From sequence record SRR20825006_1018: 48,096 nucleotides of DNA. One strand, written 5' to 3'. Both the position numbers and the translations under genes were made by a program. Below the pieces are notes generated by a model that worked only from the letters and a program-made list of their open reading frames with translations, did no database searches and was not told where the DNA came from. How positions within the stretch are numbered: the first letter of the stretch is position 1; every line of letters starts with the position of its first letter. Of the stretch, positions 20,041 to 28,789 are shown in pieces.

Positions 20041-21821
20041 GCCAATCTGGCCCAAGCCTGCCCATCGCGGACGCATCCCGCCAACAACCTGCGTCTCGTC
20101 AGACAACTGCCTGGCGAGGACGCGGGCTGCATGCAATCCGAATCGCAATGCTGATCGGTTTGCTGGGCTGTTTGCCGTCGCCGCATCAGCGCAGCGAGAC
20201 GGTTGTCCGACCGACGCTGGAACAAGTCCAACAATTGGAACCCGCCGCTCGTGCGATCGCCGACACCGCGGACGAAAGCGGACGCTGGGTCATCTCGGAT
20301 AGCGATCGGATTCCGTTGGGTTCCGTGGCCAGAACTTTGCCTGAAGCCAACGCGCTGGTCGGTTACCGCGGGCCAACCGAAGCTCTCTTGTTGCTCGATC
20401 AACAGCACGTTGTTCGCTCGGCCGCGGTTTTGCATAGCCATGACACTGATGAGCACGTCGACGCGGTCAAAAACTCGCCCGCATTCTTACGGCAATTCAG
20501 TGGGCTGACCTGGGACGGAACGCTTGCGGGCGGAAGCGTGCCCAAGATCGATGGTGTCTCCGGTGCAACGCTGACCAGTCTGGCGATGGCGGGTGGTATC
20601 CTCAAGCGTCTTGGCACCGCCCCGGGATCGCTCGTTTTCCCGGAACCGCTGACCTTGGAAGAAGCACGGATCTTCTTTCCCGACGCCACCAAAATCCATG
20701 GCGAGCGAATCGCCGTGGTCCTGGCGGACGACGAAACCCGACTCGGGTATCTGATCCGTACGGGAGCATTTGTTGATGACGAGATCGGCTACCAAGGTCC
20801 AACCAGCACATTGGTTGCGTTGGATCTCGAACAACGTCTGCTGCGTCCCAAGATCCGGCATTCCTTCGACAACGAACCCTATGTCGACTATGTCCGCCAA
20901 GAACGATCGTTTTGGAAACGATTCGTAGGCATGACGCTGGAAGAACTCGCGGCGTTTGATCCTCCCGCCGAAGAGGTCGAAGGTGTCTCGGGAGCCACAA
21001 TGACCAGCATGGCCATCGCTTACACGCTGCCAAGTTTCGCGACGGAGTTGTTGGCGGATGAGGAATGGAAAACGCTCGGGCAAACACCCTTTCAAAAGCG
21101 ATTGCGTGCTCTCCAAGAATTCATCCAAACGACGCGTCTGTCCAACGCTGACATCGCAACGCTCATCGCGTTGGTCCTGTTGCCGCTGCTGATTCGCTTT
21201 GGAGCGATGCGGCAAACCTGGCGGCGTCGCTTGTGGCTTTTCGCCGTCTGGTTGGTCATCGGCCTGTACGCTGGCAACCTTCTGTCACTTGCCTTGCTGG
21301 CCGGTTGGGCCACGTCTGGAGTCACCTGGCAACTCGCCTTGGGTTTGGTCGCCCTGGCGATCGTCTCTGTGGTGATCCCACCAACTCGGCGGGGCAATCC
21401 GTACTGCAACCACCTTTGCCCTCATGGTGCCGCCCAACAACTGATCCGGCCAACCAGTGATTCTCGTCGGAAGTGGAAACTTCCGTCATGGTTTTCCAGA
21501 ACATTAGGATTTTTGCCCGCGATGACGTTGTTGTTGGTCTACCTCGCGTTGCTGATCCGTCCGGCCACCGATGTTTCTTTTGTCGAACCATTCCACGGGT
21601 ACCTTTGGCATTTGACTTCGTGGTCCGCGGTCGCTTGGACGATCAGCACCCTTGCGATCGCCTTCTTCGTTCCGATGGCTTACTGCCGACTGGGATGCCC
21701 GACCGGTCGTCTGCTCGACTGGTTGCGACTCAAGGGAACCAGCCACCAAATCTCGCGAATGGACCTCGCCGTTGTGGGCCTGCTGATCTTCGCCTGCGGC
21801 TATCGTTTCCTCATTCGTTAG
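20022..21821 (+). CDS. NosR/NirI-like membrane protein with two FMN-binding domains and CxxxCP Fe-S motifs
   Basis: DGVSGATLTS and EGVSGATMTS flavinylation motifs; C-terminal TM helices; YCNHLCPHG and YCRLGCPTG. Confidence 0.85.
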   Translation: MGQTTLSQSGPSLPIADASRQQPASRQTTAWRGRGLHAIRIAMLIGLLGCLPSPHQRSETVVRPTLEQVQQLEPAARAIADTADESGRWVISDSDRIPLGSVARTLPEANALVGYRGPTEALLLLDQQHVVRSAAVLHSHDTDEHVDAVKNSPAFLRQFSGLTWDGTLAGGSVPKIDGVSGATLTSLAMAGGILKRLGTAPGSLVFPEPLTLEEARIFFPDATKIHGERIAVVLADDETRLGYLIRTGAFVDDEIGYQGPTSTLVALDLEQRLLRPKIRHSFDNEPYVDYVRQERSFWKRFVGMTLEELAAFDPPAEEVEGVSGATMTSMAIAYTLPSFATELLADEEWKTLGQTPFQKRLRALQEFIQTTRLSNADIATLIALVLLPLLIRFGAMRQTWRRRLWLFAVWLVIGLYAGNLLSLALLAGWATSGVTWQLALGLVALAIVSVVIPPTRRGNPYCNHLCPHGAAQQLIRPTSDSRRKWKLPSWFSRTLGFLPAMTLLLVYLALLIRPATDVSFVEPFHGYLWHLTSWSAVAWTISTLAIAFFVPMAYCRLGCPTGRLLDWLRLKGTSHQISRMDLAVVGLLIFACGYRFLIR

Positions 21822-23781
21822 CCGCGTTTTCAAAACCGACCAATCGCGAGGTCGCCAGAGACTCGGCGATTCCCTTGACCTGCATTGGCTCGTTGGCTTC
21901 CAGCACAAACGAGTTGCTGAGATGTTGCGAGACTTCGCCGGAAACCACGATTTCGCCCGCCAAGGCTCGATCGCACAACCGGGACGCAACGTTCACTGTG
22001 TTTCCAATCGCGGTGTATTCCATCCGCTGTGGCGTGCCGACGTTGCCAACGACAGCCTGCCCGGTGTGGATCCCAATGCCAATCGACAAACCACTTTTGT
22101 GTGAACGCAACGCTTCTTGAATTCGCCAAGCAACACGCGACGCACGCTCCGCATGATCGGTTTGGTCCAGCGGTGCATTGAACAGCACCAAGATTGCATC
22201 ACCGATGAACTTGTCGACCGTGCCTTCCTCCTCAAAAGTGCAACGAACCATCACTTCCAACAATCCATTGAGTTCTTCCAAAACTTCTTCCGGTTGCAGA
22301 CGTTCAGAAAACTGAGTGAAGCCGCGAATGTCGGCAAACATGACGGTCACTTCGCGAGTCACACCTCCGACCACAATCGACTGCAACTCGGACTGTTGGA
22401 CCAATTGGTTGACCACCGCCCGCGGCACATAGCGACCAAATAAGTCGGTGATTCGTTGCCGCCACCGGATCTCTTCGAAGTATCGAATGCCGACCCCCAG
22501 CACTCCCGCCACCAAAATCGAAACTGGCGTGAAGGCCATGTCGAGAAACCATCCGCCGCGAAAGGCGAACGTGCAGATTGCGATGTATGCGAGTAACAAC
22601 AACGCCACGCACAGCAACGCCCAACGAGCCCGAAAACTGGCCGCGATCACGCAGGCTAAAACGCTGAATCCGATCAGCAGGGCAGGAGTGACGTACCATG
22701 CCGCCATCTGCATGGTGATTCCATTGAGCAGCGTTTCAATCGCGACCCCGGTGACATCCAGCGCGTCCGCCTGCCGATCGCGAATGGGAATGTCGTATCG
22801 ATCCGATGAAGGCACAAAAGACATTTCTAAATCGATCAGCACCGCCTTGCCGCGAACCAATTCCGGATCGAAATCGCCTTCAGCCAGATCGCCGTACTCC
22901 AACCGAGTCAAGTCGCTTGGATTGAACCCGTAGTCGACCCAAATACCAGCCGGTGAAACGGTCGGAAATTCGCTTCCAAAACCGATCCAATTGACCTCGT
23001 TGTGGCCAACTTGATAGTCGGCCAATTTTGGATTGGGTGCGATTGTTTCCTCTCCGCTGGGTGATTGCAGCAGGTTGATCATTTGGGGAAAGACCTCCAA
23101 CCAATGATGAATCAATCCCGCCTGATCGAGTCGCTCGTAGAAACCCGTCTGGCCACCGTTGGGCTGGTCCGTTAATCGCTGCACCACCCAAAACGGAGTC
23201 GTTTCGCGAAGTGCAAAGTAGTCGTGCATCGCGATCGGAAAGATTCGCGAATGGCGATTGACCATCGTTGGTGACTTGAAGCTCATCCCGTGATGCACGA
23301 TGCAATCGTGGTAGCTCTCCACAACTTTGTAGTCGACATCCAACGTCAGATAGACATCTCGAACCAAGTTGCGTTTTGGAGCAACCTGTTGAATCAAATC
23401 CAATGTCGGCCGCACACTCGCTTCGAAATCATCCGGATCGGTGCAGACCAAATTTCGCAAATCCGCCACCACTTTCGCGTCGGCGTTCATCAAGTTCTCG
23501 TAAAGCTTCCGGTCGGTCTCAAGGTCGGGCTTCTTTCCCAATCGCTCCGCACTCGATGTCCCGAAGGACACCAGCACCACGTCGCCTGAAAGTTCCCGTG
23601 CCCCCAGACGCGGCCCACCCTCACGCAGCATCACCGCATCGCTGACTATCCGAGAAAATTCGAATGCGGTCTGGCCTCCCAAATGCATCGCCGCGAAAAA
23701 GAACAGCGAACACAACACCCCGCTTCCAATCGAGACCAACGGTCGCCACCAACGACGGTTGGACTTGGAGATTGATCTCAT
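21811..23781 (-). CDS. CHASE2-domain class III adenylate/guanylate cyclase
   Basis: TM, extracellular domain, three TMs; LFGRYVP, VTVMFADIRGFT, DKFIGDA, GNVG..RMEYTAIGNTVNVASRL. ATG 23781 overlaps the DUF2891 stop (ATGA). Confidence 0.9.
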   Translation of the reverse strand: MRSISKSNRRWWRPLVSIGSGVLCSLFFFAAMHLGGQTAFEFSRIVSDAVMLREGGPRLGARELSGDVVLVSFGTSSAERLGKKPDLETDRKLYENLMNADAKVVADLRNLVCTDPDDFEASVRPTLDLIQQVAPKRNLVRDVYLTLDVDYKVVESYHDCIVHHGMSFKSPTMVNRHSRIFPIAMHDYFALRETTPFWVVQRLTDQPNGGQTGFYERLDQAGLIHHWLEVFPQMINLLQSPSGEETIAPNPKLADYQVGHNEVNWIGFGSEFPTVSPAGIWVDYGFNPSDLTRLEYGDLAEGDFDPELVRGKAVLIDLEMSFVPSSDRYDIPIRDRQADALDVTGVAIETLLNGITMQMAAWYVTPALLIGFSVLACVIAASFRARWALLCVALLLLAYIAICTFAFRGGWFLDMAFTPVSILVAGVLGVGIRYFEEIRWRQRITDLFGRYVPRAVVNQLVQQSELQSIVVGGVTREVTVMFADIRGFTQFSERLQPEEVLEELNGLLEVMVRCTFEEEGTVDKFIGDAILVLFNAPLDQTDHAERASRVAWRIQEALRSHKSGLSIGIGIHTGQAVVGNVGTPQRMEYTAIGNTVNVASRLCDRALAGEIVVSGEVSQHLSNSFVLEANEPMQVKGIAESLATSRLVGFENAANE

Positions 23782-24944
23782 TGGTTCGGTCCCAATTGGC
23801 CGACTCCGCTGATCGCATACAGACCAAACGTGGCCAACCAATGGTCGCCTTCGTAGTGACCGCTGTTGATGTAGGCCAAACCCGCGACCAAGTGTTCTCT
23901 TGCATTCGTTCGAATGGCGGCGACCAGCGGATGCTGCTTCGGCAAGTGATTCGCAACCGATTGCAGACACCATGCACGATTGAGGTTCAGCCCGGCGAGG
24001 TGAACCAGTTTGCCGTCAGTGAGGTCGCTGACACTGACGGGCGAGATCGTCCCGTCGGTGAGCTGCTGCTGCAGATTCGGCACAAACGCATCCAGCCAGC
24101 TTGCGAAATCTTCCGGCGAAAGCACCCGCCGCATCAAGTCCGCTTCGTTCCACGCCGACGAGAAGAAATCGTGACCGGACGGTTCGTACTGGACCGGGTA
24201 ATCGGTGTCGGCCAGATAGAAATCACGAGCCCGTGTGATCACCAACTCTTCCAACTCGTTGAGACCACGAGCCCTCGCGTAATCCAACACTTGCCCCAGC
24301 GCAAACGCCGTGTCCGGATGCTGGCCCGTTCGAATTGGAAACGTCAGCAGCGGCAGGTAAGCCGTGATCCGTTCAACCAACAACTCTTCGAGTGGCTCTA
24401 GAGCTCCACGCCACTGAACGGCATCGTCATCTTCGAACGAATCCAACTCCATCGCCAAACGCAGAAACCAAGCCCAGCCATACATGCGTTCGAAAGACTT
24501 GTTCTCATCGCGAGCAAAGAATTCCGCTTCGTGCTTCAAGTTCTCAGCCGTCAAATGCCGAGACAACGCTTCACGAATTTTGGTGGCCGCTGGCATCTCG
24601 GGATGTGTCTTCAGCAGACGCACCAACACCCAGTGACCGTGCACACTGCTGTGCCAATCAAAGCATCCATAAAACGCCGGGAAGTGTTCTTGGGGCGTGC
24701 CGATTTGATCAGGATTGGAATAGACCAACGACAGTTTGTTTGGAAACTCCGTGTCGACACCATGCAGCACCAACTCTGCCCATTGATCCGCCATTTCCGA
24801 CGTCAAAGTAATCGTGGCGTTTGAGTCCAGTTCAACTGACGAATTCCCGTCTGGCGACTGCGTCCACGCTGGAACTGTCATGACCGAACCAAACAGCAAA
24901 ATGGAGAACAATTGGCGAAAGAATGGATCTTTCCAGGCAAACAT
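23778..24944 (-). CDS. DUF2891 domain-containing secreted protein
   Basis: PAFYGCFDWHSSVHGHW, SFERMYGWAW, HLAGLNLNRAW and YEGDHWLATF motifs; signal peptide. Confidence 0.88.
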   Translation of the reverse strand: MFAWKDPFFRQLFSILLFGSVMTVPAWTQSPDGNSSVELDSNATITLTSEMADQWAELVLHGVDTEFPNKLSLVYSNPDQIGTPQEHFPAFYGCFDWHSSVHGHWVLVRLLKTHPEMPAATKIREALSRHLTAENLKHEAEFFARDENKSFERMYGWAWFLRLAMELDSFEDDDAVQWRGALEPLEELLVERITAYLPLLTFPIRTGQHPDTAFALGQVLDYARARGLNELEELVITRARDFYLADTDYPVQYEPSGHDFFSSAWNEADLMRRVLSPEDFASWLDAFVPNLQQQLTDGTISPVSVSDLTDGKLVHLAGLNLNRAWCLQSVANHLPKQHPLVAAIRTNAREHLVAGLAYINSGHYEGDHWLATFGLYAISGVGQLGPNQ

Positions 24945-25180
24945 GAAGCTTCCTCAATTCGGCACGGGCAACTTGCGACCAGGATAAAAAACACCTGTCT
25001 ATCGCAATCATCTGATAACATCTTAACGATGAGCAGTGAATCGGTGTCCGGTCGGCATGGCACTTCTGCCGCGGCAAAGCACTGCTTTTCGCCTCCCGCT
25101 TTGACTGGATGTGTTGGGTTGTTTTTCGAAAGGCGTGATTGTCACGCGTTCTTTGAACTCGTCTTGCTTCAAGGTCTGCA

Positions 25181-26224
25181 ATGTTGTGCTTCAGTCGATG
25201 GTCGAACTCAGTGGTGTTCTGGATGGGCATCACAGCCGTGATCTGCGCGCCAGGATCGTTCAGTTGGTCGGATGACGAGATTGACGTGGATCCCACCAAA
25301 CCCAATCGATTGATTCTGCACGTTTGCAAAATGGACGGGACGCCAATACGACCGCTCGTCGCTGACAAGGCAATCCGGCATGATCTTGATCGACAGGGAA
25401 CACCTAACGTTTCACCCGACGGAAAGCGGGTGGCTTACGACGCATGGTCAACGACTCCGACAGATCCAGATCGCGGCCCCCGGGTGTGTGTTTGCGATCT
25501 AGACGGCAAGAACTTCATCGATGTGATCGACGGCTACATGCCTTCCTTCGCGCCCGACAACAAGCGTTTGGTTGTAAGTCGGCCAGCCAAGTATGCCAAA
25601 GCAGACGGCGCCAAAGGCCAATCCATCTGGATTGTGAACTGCGATACCAAAGAGAAAAAGTTAATTGCGGATCAGGGTGCCTGGGGTGGGCGTTGGTCCG
25701 CCGATGGTGCGACGATACTTTTCCAAGGTGGCGTGGATGAGAATGGTGACCCAGTGCCCAAGTCTTGCTTGAGAGTATACGACGTGGCTGCCGAAAAGCC
25801 ATCTCTACTGTTCCCGCCGGAAGGGTCACCGTTTCAGGAGATTAGCTATCACTTTGCCTGGAGCAAGAGTGACCGTCGGTTGGCAATCGGAGGTCGGCTC
25901 ATCCCTGGGCTCGGTGAAGGTGTGCCGAGTACCGTGACGGTGATCATGAATGCTGATCAAGGCCCTGATTCCGTGATCATCATGCTGCCGCCCGCCAATG
26001 GGGCTCGCGTATTCGATGGTTTGTCACTCGATTGGCATCCTGACGGGAAGTCCATTCTCAGTACAGGCATGGTGGACAACCGATTTGTTCCTGTCGGGTT
26101 GTCGACGGATGGCACGGCTTCCGAGATCACGTTCCCTGGCATTCCGGACTCAGTCAACGTACGCGATCCAGCCTACTCGCCCGACGGGAAACATTTGATC
26201 GCATCGTTCGGTGCTCGGCCGTAA
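25181..26224 (+). CDS. TolB-like / PD40 beta-propeller protein
   Basis: Repeated P-x-(V/F/W/Y)-S/A-P-D-G-K units (PNVSPDGK, PSFAPDNK, WSADG, WHPDGK, PAYSPDGK); signal peptide. Confidence 0.82.
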   Translation: MLCFSRWSNSVVFWMGITAVICAPGSFSWSDDEIDVDPTKPNRLILHVCKMDGTPIRPLVADKAIRHDLDRQGTPNVSPDGKRVAYDAWSTTPTDPDRGPRVCVCDLDGKNFIDVIDGYMPSFAPDNKRLVVSRPAKYAKADGAKGQSIWIVNCDTKEKKLIADQGAWGGRWSADGATILFQGGVDENGDPVPKSCLRVYDVAAEKPSLLFPPEGSPFQEISYHFAWSKSDRRLAIGGRLIPGLGEGVPSTVTVIMNADQGPDSVIIMLPPANGARVFDGLSLDWHPDGKSILSTGMVDNRFVPVGLSTDGTASEITFPGIPDSVNVRDPAYSPDGKHLIASFGARP

Positions 26225-26288
26225 CCCAAGAGGACCGTTCCGGGTACTCTGCTCCGCGGTTGTCGGCTCCGACCCCAACACGCACAAC

Positions 26289-26337
26289 CAGTCGCGGCGC
26301 GACGGTAGCCGAAAGCCTTGGGCTTTCAACCCAAGGT
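26289..26337. repeat. REP-like palindromic element
   Basis: gtcgc-ggc-gcgac hairpin followed by ccttggg-ctttcaa-cccaagg hairpin in intergenic DNA. Confidence 0.6.
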
Positions 26338-26460
26338 CATCCGTCGACACCTAAGCCCCCAAATCAGTGAGCATTCAGCGGCCAATCCGCATCTACAAAA
26401 TCCGTTTCGCGAGCGCCTCGTCTGGGTTGGATCCGTGCCCTTCTGTGTTGGAGGAACTCA

Positions 26461-28023
26461 ATGATGAAAACAACACATGAAAACGTCACGAATGACGCGT
26501 TGTGGCAGAAAATTTCTCATTTTCCGATTGGAGGCGAATCCGCTGACTGGACCGCGACTCCACCCACTCAAGGCCTCTCGTTTTCGCAACGTTTGGCCCG
26601 AGAAAACGATTGGAGCATCCAACATGCTCGTCGCTGCATCGACGAGTACCGAAGGTTTCTGTATCTGGCCGCCACCGCGGGTCACAGTGTGACTCCATCG
26701 GACGCGGTCGATCAAGTTTGGCATCAACACCTGGTCTACACCGAGAACTACTGGGTGGACTTGTGCCAAGACGTTTTGCCATCACCGCTGCATCACGGAC
26801 CGACCAAAGGTGGCTCCCAAGAACGGGTGCGATATCAAGACCAATACGAACAGACGCTTGCATCTTATGAGCGGGCATTCGGCAGCGTCCCGGTTGAGGT
26901 TTGGCCGCCGACCGAAGAACGCTTCGCTCAATCGATCGCATCGCTTCGCATTGACCAACGCAAATTCTGGCTGATCCCCAAGCCAAACCTGACTGGCAAG
27001 TCATTGCAAGGGTCGCACCTCGCGATCGCCGGATTGGCAGCGACACCTTTCGCGGCGCTGTTCCCGTTCAACTTGGACGGACCAACGTTCTTGGCGTTGT
27101 ATGGTGCGGCAATCGTGATCGGGCTTGTCTACCTGTTGGTTTGGTTTCACATCACCAACGGTTGGTCATCCAATCCGTCGTCGCCTCCCAAACTTGGCTG
27201 GGGACAACTGTCGATCCTAGCAGGGGGCAAAAAGCGATTGCTGCAAACAACCTTGGTAGCGTTGCAAAAGCGAGGCATCGTCCAGTGCGATCAACACGGA
27301 TTCACCATCCTTGATCGTGGGGCATTGCAGGCCCAACACGACGACGATCCCGTTGCTGTCAGCGCCATGAAGTTGACCACTGACTACCTGGCCTCCAGCA
27401 ATGCTCCGCAATCGTTCCAACGCTTGCTGGTGGCGATCCATTCCACCGCGACCAATGCCGAATCGCAAATGCGAGAATCGGGATTGCTGAGATCGACCGA
27501 ACAACGCAATCGCTTTCGAGCGGGCGCGTTCGGCGTTGCTGGCATCTTATTAGCCGCCGGTGGACTCCGGTGCCTGCAGGGAATCCAAAACGACCGTCCG
27601 ATTGGGTTTCTCGTTTTGGAAATGATCCTCGCGACGGTTGGGTTGGCGGTCGCGTTTCACATGGCGGGTCGTGAGCGTTTGACATCTCTCGGTCAATCGG
27701 TCCAAGAACGATCACAGCGGAGCTATCCAGAAACGGGGTTGAAGTCCGCTCACCAAACCGACGGAGGCGACTTGGATGAGTTGCCCAGCTTGGCGTGCTG
27801 GGGTCCTGCGGTGGCCGCCTATGTGCTCACCGATCCCTCTGAGCTTTTCACCAATGACATGTTGTACGGGGAAGAAATCCAGGCTGCCCAAAAAGCGTCC
27901 AGCTCAACGGGATGGATTGACTGGAGCAGCAGTGACGGGGGCAGCAGTTTCGACTTCAGCGGTGGTGGGGGCGATGCGGGCTGTGGAGGCGGATGCGGAG
28001 GCTGTGGTGGATGCGGAGGGTGA
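26461..28023 (+). CDS. TIGR04222-domain membrane protein with glycine-rich-domain N-terminus and GC-rich tail
   Basis: RBS ggagga; VTPSDAVDQVWHQH; GPTFLALY; TM segments; C-terminus GCGGGCGGCGGCGG. Confidence 0.85.
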   Translation: MMKTTHENVTNDALWQKISHFPIGGESADWTATPPTQGLSFSQRLARENDWSIQHARRCIDEYRRFLYLAATAGHSVTPSDAVDQVWHQHLVYTENYWVDLCQDVLPSPLHHGPTKGGSQERVRYQDQYEQTLASYERAFGSVPVEVWPPTEERFAQSIASLRIDQRKFWLIPKPNLTGKSLQGSHLAIAGLAATPFAALFPFNLDGPTFLALYGAAIVIGLVYLLVWFHITNGWSSNPSSPPKLGWGQLSILAGGKKRLLQTTLVALQKRGIVQCDQHGFTILDRGALQAQHDDDPVAVSAMKLTTDYLASSNAPQSFQRLLVAIHSTATNAESQMRESGLLRSTEQRNRFRAGAFGVAGILLAAGGLRCLQGIQNDRPIGFLVLEMILATVGLAVAFHMAGRERLTSLGQSVQERSQRSYPETGLKSAHQTDGGDLDELPSLACWGPAVAAYVLTDPSELFTNDMLYGEEIQAAQKASSSTGWIDWSSSDGGSSFDFSGGGGDAGCGGGCGGCGGCGG

Positions 28024-28132
28024 GAAGCCTCCACCACTTGCCGCGTGACCAGGCTGCTATCTTGGGAGGAATGCTTGCGGGAATCCAAATCGGCTCTCGC
28101 AGACTCGTTCGTCCCATGCACCAGGCCACCTC

Positions 28133-28720
28133 ATGAACCCCGGCACCATCGAGGAACCATCGACTCATCCTTCTTTGCTCGAACGGGCCCGGTACGGCGA
28201 CGACGAAGGCTGGCAGATGTTGGTCCAAGTCTACGGTCCAATCGTCTACCGATGGATCCGCCGATGCGGGGCTCAGTCGGCCGACGCCGCCGACGTGATG
28301 CAAGAAACGTTTCTTGCCGTCGCCAAGGCTCTCCCGCGGTTCAACCTGGACCAAACGGGCGCCACTTTTCGCGGATGGTTGTGGACGATCGCTCGCAACA
28401 AACTTCGCGATCGCCAACGTGCCGACCAACGGTCTCCGATTGTGCTCGATGGCGAAGCGCTGCAGTGGGCGGAGAGAGAAAGCTCTGATCCGCCCAGCGA
28501 ACTGGCCGACGACGTGCAGTCGATTCAGAACCGCATGCTGCAAGTTCTGAGGCAATCAACTGATCCCAAGACCTGGCAGATGTTCTGGCGGACCGCCGTC
28601 GAAGGCTGTGATCCAGCGACGGTGGCAGCCGACCTGAACGTCAGTCGATGGACGGTCTACAAGGCTCGCGCTCGGGTGCTGCAACGACTGCGAAAAGAAA
28701 TGGAGGATTTTCATCGCTGA
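28133..28720 (+). CDS. ECF RNA polymerase sigma factor
   Basis: WQMLVQVYGPIVYRW, DAADVMQETF, TFRGWLWTIARNKLRD; sigma4-like VAADLNVSRWTVYKARARVLQRLR. Confidence 0.93.
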   Translation: MNPGTIEEPSTHPSLLERARYGDDEGWQMLVQVYGPIVYRWIRRCGAQSADAADVMQETFLAVAKALPRFNLDQTGATFRGWLWTIARNKLRDRQRADQRSPIVLDGEALQWAERESSDPPSELADDVQSIQNRMLQVLRQSTDPKTWQMFWRTAVEGCDPATVAADLNVSRWTVYKARARVLQRLRKEMEDFHR

Positions 28721-28789
28721 GGTGTCCAATCGCCGCCCATCCAAGCGTTGCGTGGTCAACCAATCGATCCCTCGCACCGAAAGCCCGTC

